From IMG/VR virus record IMGVR_UViG_3300011445_000001: a DNA stretch of 20,000 nucleotides. One strand, written 5' to 3'. Shown piece after piece: positions 7,581-15,973 of the stretch (its first letter is position 1; every line of letters starts with the position of its first letter). The DNA comes from an uncultured virus (IMG/VR IMGVR_UViG_3300011445_000001) (lineage: Duplodnaviria > Heunggongvirae > Uroviricota > Caudoviricetes). A program made the translations under genes and the position numbers. A model generated the notes under the pieces. It searched no databases and had not been told where the DNA came from. It worked only from the letters and a program-made list of their open reading frames with translations.

Positions 7581-8859
7581 GTAGCCGCTCGAGAGTGCGT
7601 CGAGACTCCCACTGCCCGGGGGTGCTGTAGTACAGACTTTCTAAGTCGATGTTGTGCTTTGCACACACCTGTTCAGCAAGCCTCTTAATGCGAGCCCGCC
7701 AAATAGCCACAGCCCCGCGCGAGGATTGAAATCTCGCAGCAATCTCCTTCGATTCGTACCCCAGATAGAACAGGGCGTTCACCGCCGTCAAGCTTTTGAT
7801 GGTGCCTCTATGGTCTCGCCATGGCTTGGTTTGCTCTAGCTCTGCCTGCAGGAGCGTAAGGAACCGCTCAAGGGGCGAAGACACCACATCACCATTATCG
7901 CAAAGCTTACTGACCTCGGGGTGCAGGAACTCCTCGCCGTCGTTGCCTGTGAAGAACAGGGGCTCGGCTTGTGACAGAACATTGCGGACCGGGCGCTCCC
8001 TCTCGTCGCGACAAGCCCGACAGACCCTACAGTCGACGCACACCTTCCGGTTCTTGCACTGCTTACACAGAGTGAACTGGTAAGAGTCGTCACACGTCAA
8101 ACACGCCGGAGCCTTGGCGGGCTTATGGCCCACGCAATCGGGGCAGTGATTGCACGCCTTACATACTCGACACATGGAATTGGGCCGTGCCGGGCTACAA
8201 GACTTACATTTCTCACAGAAGCCGGGCGTCAGACACCCCCCATGGATGGCGCACCTCGAACATTCCTTGGTGCGGCCGTTATCGCGAAGATGGTTGAGGC
8301 AGACGGTGCGGATGACTCCAAACACGTGGGTGGTGAAAGAAGCGCCCACCGGACTGGGTAAAGCGCATATACACTCCTCGATAACGCGGAACTTGATCAT
8401 ACGAACGTAGACGTTCTGCTCTAAATCGTCTATTAGGCTTGAGTCCCGCACCCCGAAGTTCTTGATGGCAGCACGAACCCGATCCTTCCACGTCCGATAG
8501 AAGGTGTCCATGTCCATGGCGTGATCACACTTACACCGCTTACGGGCATCGCTTTTCTTGACAAACTGCGGCGTCTTCTCGCCGTGCTTGGGCGTCGGGG
8601 GCGTAGAGCCGAGGAAGGTGGCCGTATCGGGGAAGCGCCCCCGATGCGCCTTGCTGATCTTGCCAACACCATAAACAAACGCCGTCCGAACTTCATCGGT
8701 ATCCAACATCCGGAATGTGTAGGACTCTCGTTCTTCTGCTGGGCAATCCTTCAACACGCCCTCAAGGTCGGCCGAGAGGTAAAGTGAGAAGGCCTCTCCG
8801 TTGACAATGATGTAATCCTCGGGGCTGGTCTGTAGCTTAGAGATTAGGGACTTTTTCAT
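7549..8859 (-). CDS. Sigma-70/ECF-like sigma factor with N-terminal extension and Cys-rich insertion
   Basis: Region 2-like FYRTWKDRVRAAI...DDLEQNVYVRM...SFTTHVFGVIRTVCLNHLRD; region 4-like HTH LFYLGYESKEIAARFQSSRGAVAIWRARIKR; 19 Cys between them; GGAG RBS. Confidence 0.75.
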   Translation of the reverse strand: MKKSLISKLQTSPEDYIIVNGEAFSLYLSADLEGVLKDCPAEERESYTFRMLDTDEVRTAFVYGVGKISKAHRGRFPDTATFLGSTPPTPKHGEKTPQFVKKSDARKRCKCDHAMDMDTFYRTWKDRVRAAIKNFGVRDSSLIDDLEQNVYVRMIKFRVIEECICALPSPVGASFTTHVFGVIRTVCLNHLRDNGRTKECSRCAIHGGCLTPGFCEKCKSCSPARPNSMCRVCKACNHCPDCVGHKPAKAPACLTCDDSYQFTLCKQCKNRKVCVDCRVCRACRDERERPVRNVLSQAEPLFFTGNDGEEFLHPEVSKLCDNGDVVSSPLERFLTLLQAELEQTKPWRDHRGTIKSLTAVNALFYLGYESKEIAARFQSSRGAVAIWRARIKRLAEQVCAKHNIDLESLYYSTPGQWESRRTLERLHEIEDLSRGR

Positions 8860-9319
8860 TCAACTCCTGAAGAACTTCGAAGGCGTGGTACTTCTTCCAC
8901 AACTCCGAGTCATCGTAGAAGGGATAGCGCCGAGCCATTCGCAGGAAGACGGCATCGTGCGGATTGATTAGGTCGAACCCACGGTGCAGGTGAATTAACT
9001 CCTCCAACAGCGTCGAGTAGACGACCTCGGTTGGTACCATCGGTAGAAATAGGGCAAGGTTGATGCGCAGCACCGGAGGTAAGTCATAAGCCGCCCGCCC
9101 GGGCAAGTGGATCTGCCTCCGCTTAACCTCGGCCCAACACAGTTCCTTATCTCCCGGCTTAGAGGCGAACAGATCGACCACGAACTCCGGCGTTGGGTGG
9201 TTGCAGACCTCCACGAAGATAGCACAAGCATCGGAGATCAGCCCAACAGAACCCGGGCGGATCGCATGCAAGACATGCCTGTGCCGCAGAAACATCCGCA
9301 GCCCGTCATCACCGGGCAT
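8837..9319 (-). CDS. SprT/YgjP-like zincin-fold protein with variant EExxH motif
   Basis: LRIN..L......VV.STLLEELIHL......HDAVF......YP. Start taken as the ATG at 9319, just after the upstream TAG; the track start at 9574 overlaps another gene. Confidence 0.55.
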   Translation of the reverse strand: MPGDDGLRMFLRHRHVLHAIRPGSVGLISDACAIFVEVCNHPTPEFVVDLFASKPGDKELCWAEVKRRQIHLPGRAAYDLPPVLRINLALFLPMVPTEVVYSTLLEELIHLHRGFDLINPHDAVFLRMARRYPFYDDSELWKKYHAFEVLQELNEKVPNL

Positions 9320-9320
9320 A

Positions 9321-9767
9321 CTAGCCCTCAATGTCATTTGGGGCATCAGCCTCGTTGTACTGCTCCGGCTTGGGCGCTGAAGCGTCAGACATGGAGTTCT
9401 GTATTTCCTCGATCTCCTTGTTGATGTGGGCACGCTGCTCAGCATCAACCCCCTCACTGGCCAAGACCTCCTGCAGGAATTTAACGCGATCCCGTTTGAT
9501 CTCGTCTCGGATCTCGATGATATTGGGGATGGTCGCACCGAGGGCCGCAGCCAAGTGCTTGAACATGTAGACAAACTCCAAGTGCGCCACTTGAAGATGC
9601 GCGATCTGCTGCTGGGTCACGTGCTCCATATGCGCCAGCTGGTTCATGCCCGTCGCCATCTTCGGCGTGATGGCCCATACCTGCTCAATCATGGAGGGGA
9701 TGGGAGGAAGAATGGAGGTGGGGGCGGGAGCCGCTTGCTGTCCCGGGATTTGAATTTTAGTGCTCAC
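9321..9767 (-). CDS. Hypothetical helical protein with acidic C-terminus
   Basis: 148-aa ORF tiling the operon, with protein-like composition. Confidence 0.7.
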   Translation of the reverse strand: MSTKIQIPGQQAAPAPTSILPPIPSMIEQVWAITPKMATGMNQLAHMEHVTQQQIAHLQVAHLEFVYMFKHLAAALGATIPNIIEIRDEIKRDRVKFLQEVLASEGVDAEQRAHINKEIEEIQNSMSDASAPKPEQYNEADAPNDIEG

Positions 9768-10398
9768 GTGGGGTTTCTCGTTTCTTGATGGTGGTTGGTC
9801 CGTCGTTCTTCTTTTCCACTTGATATACCGTGTTAGCGAAGGCCAGCAACTCCTCCGAATGCGTAATGAGCAAGATGGTAATTCCCAGCTTCTCGGTCAG
9901 GAAGTGCAGGAAGTCGCCCACTTTCTCGAGATGCTCCCGGCCAACTTCGGCGAAGGCCTCATCAAGCACCAAGAACCGCTGCATGTCCTTCCGCTTCTGA
10001 AGGATTAACACAAGAATGGTCAGCACGGAGATGATGTCCACGTAGCCGCCACCGCGACTGTCCATGATGTCGGTCTTAGTGTCCTTGCCCAGCCGCATGT
10101 AAGCATATACAGACCGAACCTTGGTTTCCATATCGATCGAGAAGGTATCTTGCTCGTCGAAAATCACGCGGAGGCCGTGGTTAACGATATTCTCCATCAC
10201 CTGCTTAGATGACATCTCACAGATCTCGGCCACTTTCTTCAAAAGCTGGGTTGCCTCTCCGGCTGTTGCCTCGAGGGCGGACAGCCTCTCTAGAGTGGCT
10301 CCTAGCGTGGCGACTTCCGACAACAAGGCCGCCCGGCGCTTCTGTAGCATGCCGAAGGTGGTTTGAAGGGCCACCAACCGCTCTAGGTGGGTGGGCAT
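9757..10398 (-). CDS. SbcC/Rad50-like ATPase, C-terminal half
   Basis: Coiled coil, then variant signature SRGGG, Walker B FLVLDEAF and H-switch LITH; no Walker A. Confidence 0.82.
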   Translation of the reverse strand: MPTHLERLVALQTTFGMLQKRRAALLSEVATLGATLERLSALEATAGEATQLLKKVAEICEMSSKQVMENIVNHGLRVIFDEQDTFSIDMETKVRSVYAYMRLGKDTKTDIMDSRGGGYVDIISVLTILVLILQKRKDMQRFLVLDEAFAEVGREHLEKVGDFLHFLTEKLGITILLITHSEELLAFANTVYQVEKKNDGPTTIKKRETPREH

Positions 10399-10632
10399 TT
10401 ACTTAATGGCGCCTAACTCGGATTCGGCCTTGGAGATCTGGGCCTCGAACTCGGTGATGCGCCTCTCAACTTCGGCCCGCAGAGCGTCCAAGTCCTGCTC
10501 GGTGTCGATGCCCAAAGCCTTCAGCTCGACTAGGGTTTCATCCAGCTGCTTCTGAGCGAGGTCCGCTTCCGCCTTAGCGGCGGCCCGCTTTTCCTTCAGC
10601 GAATCTAACCGGGCTAGTAAGTCTTGAGCCAT
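10399..10632 (-). CDS. 77-aa coiled-coil protein, probable SbcC arm fragment
   Basis: Heptad-rich Ala/Glu/Lys/Leu sequence, strong RBS TAAGGAG, stop abuts the SbcC C-half ATG. Confidence 0.7.
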   Translation of the reverse strand: MAQDLLARLDSLKEKRAAAKAEADLAQKQLDETLVELKALGIDTEQDLDALRAEVERRITEFEAQISKAESELGAIK

Positions 10633-10678
10633 GTTGGTATCTCCTTAAGGGCAAACGAGGGCAAACCGCGTGCCCGGG

Positions 10679-11623
10679 CTAAATGTCGATACTTCCGCCG
10701 TCAAGATAGGTCCGGGCCAGCTCTCGGACCGCGTCGGGCACGTCCAGCCCATCTAGGACCACCACAGGATCTGAAGACGAAGTCACATGTGCAGAATCAT
10801 CGAGCATCTCTACGAACGACTCGATCTGGGTGTCGTGTGCATCCCTGCGCTCCTTCTTCTCTAAATCAAACACCTGCGCCGAGGGCGCGACATCAAGAGC
10901 GAACTTCTTGTATTGAATGGCCTCATCGAACTTGAACAGCACCACGCACACTTCCCGGTCAAGGTTGTCCTTATGGAGGGTGCCGCGCATCAGCGCCCCG
11001 GGGTTGACGAACCAAATGCCATTAACCTTGGTGATCACCGTCGGGGTGTGGATGTGCCCAAAGGCCAACACGTCGATCTGGGCGTCGATCTCGTTAAAGT
11101 TAATGGTCGGCTCATTCGGCAGCTGACCCTTCTCCATAAAGTTCTGATGGGCACACACAATCAGGTACTTCTCGTCGCCGCGTTGGTACCGGTGCAGGTC
11201 CTGCTTGGTGAAGGCCGGATCGAAGTCGTGCGCTACAATCCGCATGGAAGGATCAGCAAGGATAAGATCGCGCCTAACAAACGGCTGAGCCAGTATAGTC
11301 CCAATAGGCTGAGACTCGACAAAATCAACGTTCCCATAAGGGACATCATGATTACCCACCACAACGACGATCTTGCAGCCATTCGCATCGACTTCCTTTA
11401 GCCAGTTAACGAACCGGTTCGTTAACCAATAGGGGTTCTTGGTCCACGACTTCAGATGGAAGATATCGCCGAGGACTACAAGGACATCCACATCCAACCG
11501 CCGAATCAGGTCTGATACCTGCGCCAGCTTGGCGAAAGCGGCCTCGGCGTAATTGTCGGTGCGGGAACCTGGAGATACCGAGCTTAGGTGTAGATCCGCG
11601 AGAAAGAGGACTTTCTTGCTCAT
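10679..11623 (-). CDS. sbcD: SbcD/Mre11-like metallophosphoesterase nuclease
   Basis: ADLHL, LGDIFH, GNHD, AH, GHIH and NPG motifs. Confidence 0.9.
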   Translation of the reverse strand: MSKKVLFLADLHLSSVSPGSRTDNYAEAAFAKLAQVSDLIRRLDVDVLVVLGDIFHLKSWTKNPYWLTNRFVNWLKEVDANGCKIVVVVGNHDVPYGNVDFVESQPIGTILAQPFVRRDLILADPSMRIVAHDFDPAFTKQDLHRYQRGDEKYLIVCAHQNFMEKGQLPNEPTINFNEIDAQIDVLAFGHIHTPTVITKVNGIWFVNPGALMRGTLHKDNLDREVCVVLFKFDEAIQYKKFALDVAPSAQVFDLEKKERRDAHDTQIESFVEMLDDSAHVTSSSDPVVVLDGLDVPDAVRELARTYLDGGSIDI

Positions 11624-12723
11624 TGTGGTTCCCCCGACTTGATCAGGCCCTGTCCGTCACAAGCCGGACATTCCACAAACCCCTCCGCAGCCATCGACTC
11701 GTAGAGGGCCCGCAGATTCTCCTCGGCCGTTGCGTACCCCGCTCGGGAACGCAGCACCGCCGCAATTTGAAGGCGGGCGCGCGCGAGATCTTTATACTCC
11801 CCGAGATCGGGCAACCCAACAGATACGGCGGGGCGCCGGGAGTACTTCACAAAGGCGGCGCGGGCAGAGAGGTACGTGAAGATGTCTTGCTTGGTGGGTA
11901 GGTCGGTCACAGCCTTCACCTGAAGCGGGTTCAAGCGCAGGCGCAAGGCCCGCCACCGGCTTATCAGGCTCAGCGTCCCCAACTCTCGGGATACGTCGCC
12001 GGACTGGGGAATGGGGGTGTTCAAAGCATTCAGGCGTTCAGCTTTGGTGAACAGCGCTTGGCGCTGAACAACAAGGGCTTCGGCCCGGGCAAGCTTATCT
12101 TGGGCCTCTTTCACTGGGGCGTAGTTGATAGCAGCAATGGTAGAACCCACCAAGTCGAGGGCAGAGAGGGATTCCAATTCCCTCCGCTTAGAGAGGACAA
12201 GCAACTCGATCTGCCCCCGCTTGGTGCGAATTTGGGCCGCATCACCTTGCAAAGCCTTGATGGCAGCGTAGACCTTCTCAGTCTGAACCAACGACCCCAC
12301 CACCTTACCGAGGTCAGGGGCCGACAAGATAAGGGGCCAAGCCTTATCGAACTGCTTTCGGATCTGGGGCTTGACCGTGATGTCTTGCATCTCCAACTCA
12401 TAGAACCCCAACGCCGCAATCTCTTCCGGTACGGCGCGGCCGACCTTGTCGAACTTTACCCCGTCGATAACATATCCGTTGACTGCGTCACCCTTAACCC
12501 ACGAGATGCTGTGGTTGTCCCACTGGATGGTGACGGCTGCCGCCTTGGCGCCATTACGAACAATCCCGCGCGGGGCATTTCCAAACAGCACGGCATCGAT
12601 GGCCCGCACCACGGCCGACTTGCCAATCGAGGAGTGTGGTCCCCAGATGACTGTCAGGCCCGATACCTCAAGATTGGCGGACTCGATTGATTGGAAGTTG
12701 CGGATATTAATCTGGTATGTCAC
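11620..12723 (-). CDS. SbcC/Rad50-like ATPase, N-terminal half ending in a zinc hook
   Basis: I.NFQS start, Walker A variant GPHSSIGKS, Q-loop-like QFD, coiled coil, terminal CPAC; no Walker B. Confidence 0.82.
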   Translation of the reverse strand: MTYQINIRNFQSIESANLEVSGLTVIWGPHSSIGKSAVVRAIDAVLFGNAPRGIVRNGAKAAAVTIQWDNHSISWVKGDAVNGYVIDGVKFDKVGRAVPEEIAALGFYELEMQDITVKPQIRKQFDKAWPLILSAPDLGKVVGSLVQTEKVYAAIKALQGDAAQIRTKRGQIELLVLSKRRELESLSALDLVGSTIAAINYAPVKEAQDKLARAEALVVQRQALFTKAERLNALNTPIPQSGDVSRELGTLSLISRWRALRLRLNPLQVKAVTDLPTKQDIFTYLSARAAFVKYSRRPAVSVGLPDLGEYKDLARARLQIAAVLRSRAGYATAEENLRALYESMAAEGFVECPACDGQGLIKSGEPQ

Positions 12724-13786
12724 CGGCTACCTTTGACAGAACGTCCTTCATGGCCGCCGAAATGGCGTTGCGAAAGGCTGGGTCCTCGGCAATCCGCTTG
12801 CGGGTGCCCTCCTTGCCGTTGATTTTGACCTCGGTGCCGTCTGGCATGATGAACACGAAGAACGAGCTACGCTGCTCGAGCACGTCCATCTCAATGGCCA
12901 TTTCCATCAGAGCCATCTCGTTGTCAATTCCGTGACCAAACCGGATGATGAAGATACCCGCCGTGTAGGGGCGACTGCACTTGTTCTTGATGAACGTGAA
13001 GCGCACCCGATTCCCAATGAAGTTCTTCTCGCCGGAGTCGCTAGAGGCATCCTCAATCCGCCCAATGATCTTCATCCACAGGCGCATGAGGCAGTAGTGC
13101 TTAAGGGCATGGCCCCCGGTGGTTTCCTCAGACACCACCATAGACAGACCCTTCTGCTCAATCTTGATGCGAACCTGATTCAGGAGCAGGGCGGTGCATC
13201 CGGACTTGCTACATCTCGTAGCGAGCTTGTTGTACTCATTGGCAAGCAACGCGGCCTGTAATCCAATGCGGGGCAACCCAGCCTCTCCCTCAACAACAGA
13301 CTTCGGAACGGCCGCCGCTACGGAGTCTATGATCAGCAGGGAGACCTCCCCGGTACCTACCAAGGCCTGAATGGCGTTCCACCCGTCCTCGAGGTTCATG
13401 GGCTGAATGAGGATGAACTTGCCGCCGTCCTTAGGCGGGGTGATATCCACCCCAAGCGACTGGGCGTAGTAGGGGTCGAATGCGTTCTCGAAATCGGCGA
13501 ACATCACCATGCCACCGTTCTTTTGCACCTCGGCGGCACACCGGAGAGCCAAAGTGGTTTTGCCACAGGAGTAGGCGCCAGCTATCTCAACCAGCCCCCC
13601 GACGGGAAAGCCGCCGATACCCGACAACAGGTTTACCGCCAGCGATCCGCTGTCGATCTTGGGTGGGTCCTTCGGGATGCTCATGAGGTCCTTCAAACAG
13701 GAATTGGCGTCTGCCGCCATTGAGTCTAGAATATCGCCGAGCCCGGTTGGGCGCTTCGGCTTGTCAGCTTTGCGTGGGAATGCCAT
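12707..13786 (-). CDS. recA: RecA recombinase (divergent, phage-encoded)
   Basis: VEI.G.YSCGKTT, DFENAFDP, IIDSVAA, NQVR, TTGG.ALK.Y and KNK motifs. Start taken as the ATG at 13786. Confidence 0.93.
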   Translation of the reverse strand: MAFPRKADKPKRPTGLGDILDSMAADANSCLKDLMSIPKDPPKIDSGSLAVNLLSGIGGFPVGGLVEIAGAYSCGKTTLALRCAAEVQKNGGMVMFADFENAFDPYYAQSLGVDITPPKDGGKFILIQPMNLEDGWNAIQALVGTGEVSLLIIDSVAAAVPKSVVEGEAGLPRIGLQAALLANEYNKLATRCSKSGCTALLLNQVRIKIEQKGLSMVVSEETTGGHALKHYCLMRLWMKIIGRIEDASSDSGEKNFIGNRVRFTFIKNKCSRPYTAGIFIIRFGHGIDNEMALMEMAIEMDVLEQRSSFFVFIMPDGTEVKINGKEGTRKRIAEDPAFRNAISAAMKDVLSKVAGDIPD

Positions 13787-14351
13787 GGTTTCTGCCTTCG
13801 TAGAAGTAATCACCGTATCGGAGCGCATACCCCTTCGGCGCCCCAGTTTTGATTAGCTTACGTGAAAATAAGATGTCGTCTGCACGTGGTACGATGGACA
13901 GCCCAGCCCGCTTAAGGCAGTACGACCACCCGAGAGTGGCGAGGAAATAGGCATCCACTTCATCATGACAGGCCTTGATCTCTGGACACTCAACCCGAAA
14001 TGCCTGCACCATCAGAGATTTCTTTGTGCCCTTTACGCCAGCCCATCGCTTCAGGGTAGGCGGGGGTATGAGAAGGATGCTACAGCTAGGAAACTTCTCA
14101 TAGATGGCCACAAGCACCGCCGCGCTCAGGCCGCCAAGCATCGAAGCCCGGTGCCCGCCGAACACGGCCCGTTCCACCACAACCAAGTCAACCGGGTGAA
14201 CGAGGCGTGACAGAACCCAGCCCACTATCTCCGATGTACGGGGGATAAGCGGGCCGGGCTTAGTTTTGAAGTTATCGAGAGTAAGGTGACTATTCTCGAT
14301 ACAAGCAAAGCCAGTGCGGGAGTAGGAGAGATCCAGCCCTACAACGCGCAC
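13764..14351 (-). CDS. ruvC: RuvC-like Holliday junction resolvase
   Basis: VVGLDLS...TG, VVVE, P..LK.W.G, DEVDA catalytic pattern. Confidence 0.82.
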   Translation of the reverse strand: MRVVGLDLSYSRTGFACIENSHLTLDNFKTKPGPLIPRTSEIVGWVLSRLVHPVDLVVVERAVFGGHRASMLGGLSAAVLVAIYEKFPSCSILLIPPPTLKRWAGVKGTKKSLMVQAFRVECPEIKACHDEVDAYFLATLGWSYCLKRAGLSIVPRADDILFSRKLIKTGAPKGYALRYGDYFYEGRNHGIPTQS

Positions 14352-15143
14352 TTAGTCCTCGAGAGATGCGGCCTTGGGCGCCGCCTTCTTCGATTCCGCG
14401 TCCTTCTTGGGCGTGGCCGACACGTCCTGCTGCAGGTCGGCCAGTACGCTCTCGAGGGTCTGTCCGTTGACCTCCGACGAGGTCACGGTATCGGCCGCAG
14501 CCTCAACCTGACCACCCAGTTTCGCCACGATCTCGTTCTCGGAGAGGGTGCGGCCGAGGAACTTCCGGGTTTCCTTTGCCCGGTACGCGGCCCATGCGGC
14601 CTCGACCCGAGCCCGGAGGCTGTCGTTGGTCTTCCACAACGCCGACTTCATGACGTCGATCTCGATCTTCTGGTACTGCTCGTCGGTGCAGGTGATCAGC
14701 AGGTCGTGATCAGACAGGCCCCACTCCTCGTTCTTCACGCGGAGCGAGCCGAACTTGTCCTCGCCGAACGCCCAGATCTGGAACTCGAAGTCGAGGGTCG
14801 TCGGGTCCTTGGTGAGGATGGTGCCGTCCTTCTTGGTGGCGTACGTCAGCACCACGATCCCAAACCGGAGTTTGGGGCCCTTGGCGTCCAGCTCGCAGCA
14901 CTTCGCACGCTTAGTGCAAACCTGCGCCCCATCCCTTGTCTCGTAAGTGGACTGACAGAGGAAGTAGCCGCCCGAGTAGTGAACGCGGGCGAAGCTCGGC
15001 TTCTCGGTCATAACCGAAATGCGCTTCTTCTGGGCCTTCTCGCCCTTAAAGAAGGCGACCTCGGAAAGCTTGATGGAATCGTCGGACCATGAGATCTCTC
15101 CCACTGGGCCGGTGTGGGCAGAATCGTCGTTTAGCTGTGTCAT
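14352..15143 (-). CDS. Single-stranded DNA-binding protein (T4 gp32-like)
   Basis: His/Cys cluster (VHY...C...CC), W.FG...F, D+LI.C.D.QYQ pattern, low-complexity tail ending acidic; located beside ruvC and recA. Confidence 0.65.
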   Translation of the reverse strand: MTQLNDDSAHTGPVGEISWSDDSIKLSEVAFFKGEKAQKKRISVMTEKPSFARVHYSGGYFLCQSTYETRDGAQVCTKRAKCCELDAKGPKLRFGIVVLTYATKKDGTILTKDPTTLDFEFQIWAFGEDKFGSLRVKNEEWGLSDHDLLITCTDEQYQKIEIDVMKSALWKTNDSLRARVEAAWAAYRAKETRKFLGRTLSENEIVAKLGGQVEAAADTVTSSEVNGQTLESVLADLQQDVSATPKKDAESKKAAPKAASLED

Positions 15144-15144
15144 T

Positions 15145-15687
15145 TTAACCCTTCTCTTTCGGTGTGTTGGGATCGTCGGTTAACGTGTCCCATGTAAAAT
15201 CGTGTTCCGTTCCGGCACTATGTACACCCACGGAGGCGGACTTGCTAGGCGCCCCTTCGGACGGGATTAGACCAGACGGCCCCATGCGTGCCTCTGCTTC
15301 CAGCAGGTAGATCTTGGAGCGAAGGTCTGAGCGAGCCCGGGACAGCTCTGAGTGCATCAGCTTTAAGTTATCCCACAACACGGCCAGCTCTTGCTCCCGG
15401 TCTTCGACAGAAAGGAGGTTGGGATACCCTTCGGGCCAGCGCACGTCCTGAGGAGGAACCCCGGCCGCCAACAGGGACTTAATAGACCTGAGGAGGCGCT
15501 TCAACAGGAGGTGCTCTCGGGATACCGCCAGCATCATGGTCGAAAGCTGCTCTTGGTTAGAGCGGATCTGGTCTATCGAGACCTTAAAGGTAGACACCCC
15601 GCCCTCCCACAGCTTATCGGGCAGGCCAATCTTAACCAGTGATTGGGCGCGAATATAGAGGTCGTTAATTTCTTGTGGGGTCAGCAC
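15145..15687 (-). CDS. Hypothetical protein, 180 aa
   Basis: Tiles the operon; helical composition. Confidence 0.65.
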   Translation of the reverse strand: MLTPQEINDLYIRAQSLVKIGLPDKLWEGGVSTFKVSIDQIRSNQEQLSTMMLAVSREHLLLKRLLRSIKSLLAAGVPPQDVRWPEGYPNLLSVEDREQELAVLWDNLKLMHSELSRARSDLRSKIYLLEAEARMGPSGLIPSEGAPSKSASVGVHSAGTEHDFTWDTLTDDPNTPKEKG

Positions 15688-15970
15688 TCAATGACTCCAA
15701 AGGCTTACGCAGGACGGCGTATAGCTCCTTGCGCTTGGCGTTGCGCGCAACCAGATTCTCTCTGGTAATAAGACCGTTGATGAACAGATGCATATCAACG
15801 GCCTCATCTAGCTCCTCAGAAAGGACGAGCCGAGCGAGCTTCACCTGCTCTGGCGTCGCCTCATCCGGAAGGGCGATGGTCTGTGATGCGTGCGAATCTT
15901 GGGTGGCGTCGTAGTACCCACCAGAACCCCGCACGTAGATTTTCCGGCCCACTGAGACTGTGATGTTCAT
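15665..15970 (-). CDS. Hypothetical protein, 101 aa
   Basis: AGGA upstream; tiles the operon. Confidence 0.65.
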   Translation of the reverse strand: MNITVSVGRKIYVRGSGGYYDATQDSHASQTIALPDEATPEQVKLARLVLSEELDEAVDMHLFINGLITRENLVARNAKRKELYAVLRKPLESLSADPTRN

Positions 15971-15973
15971 GTT

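Noticed and set aside
8011..8262. Cys-rich sigma insert as an intein or homing endonuclease
   Set aside because: There is no terminal HN-C/S/T splice motif or LAGLIDADG/HNH signature, and it is too short.
10637..10678. Direct repeat AGGGCAAAC (two copies) in the gap after sbcD
   Set aside because: Only two short copies and not noticed elsewhere; no function can be supported.
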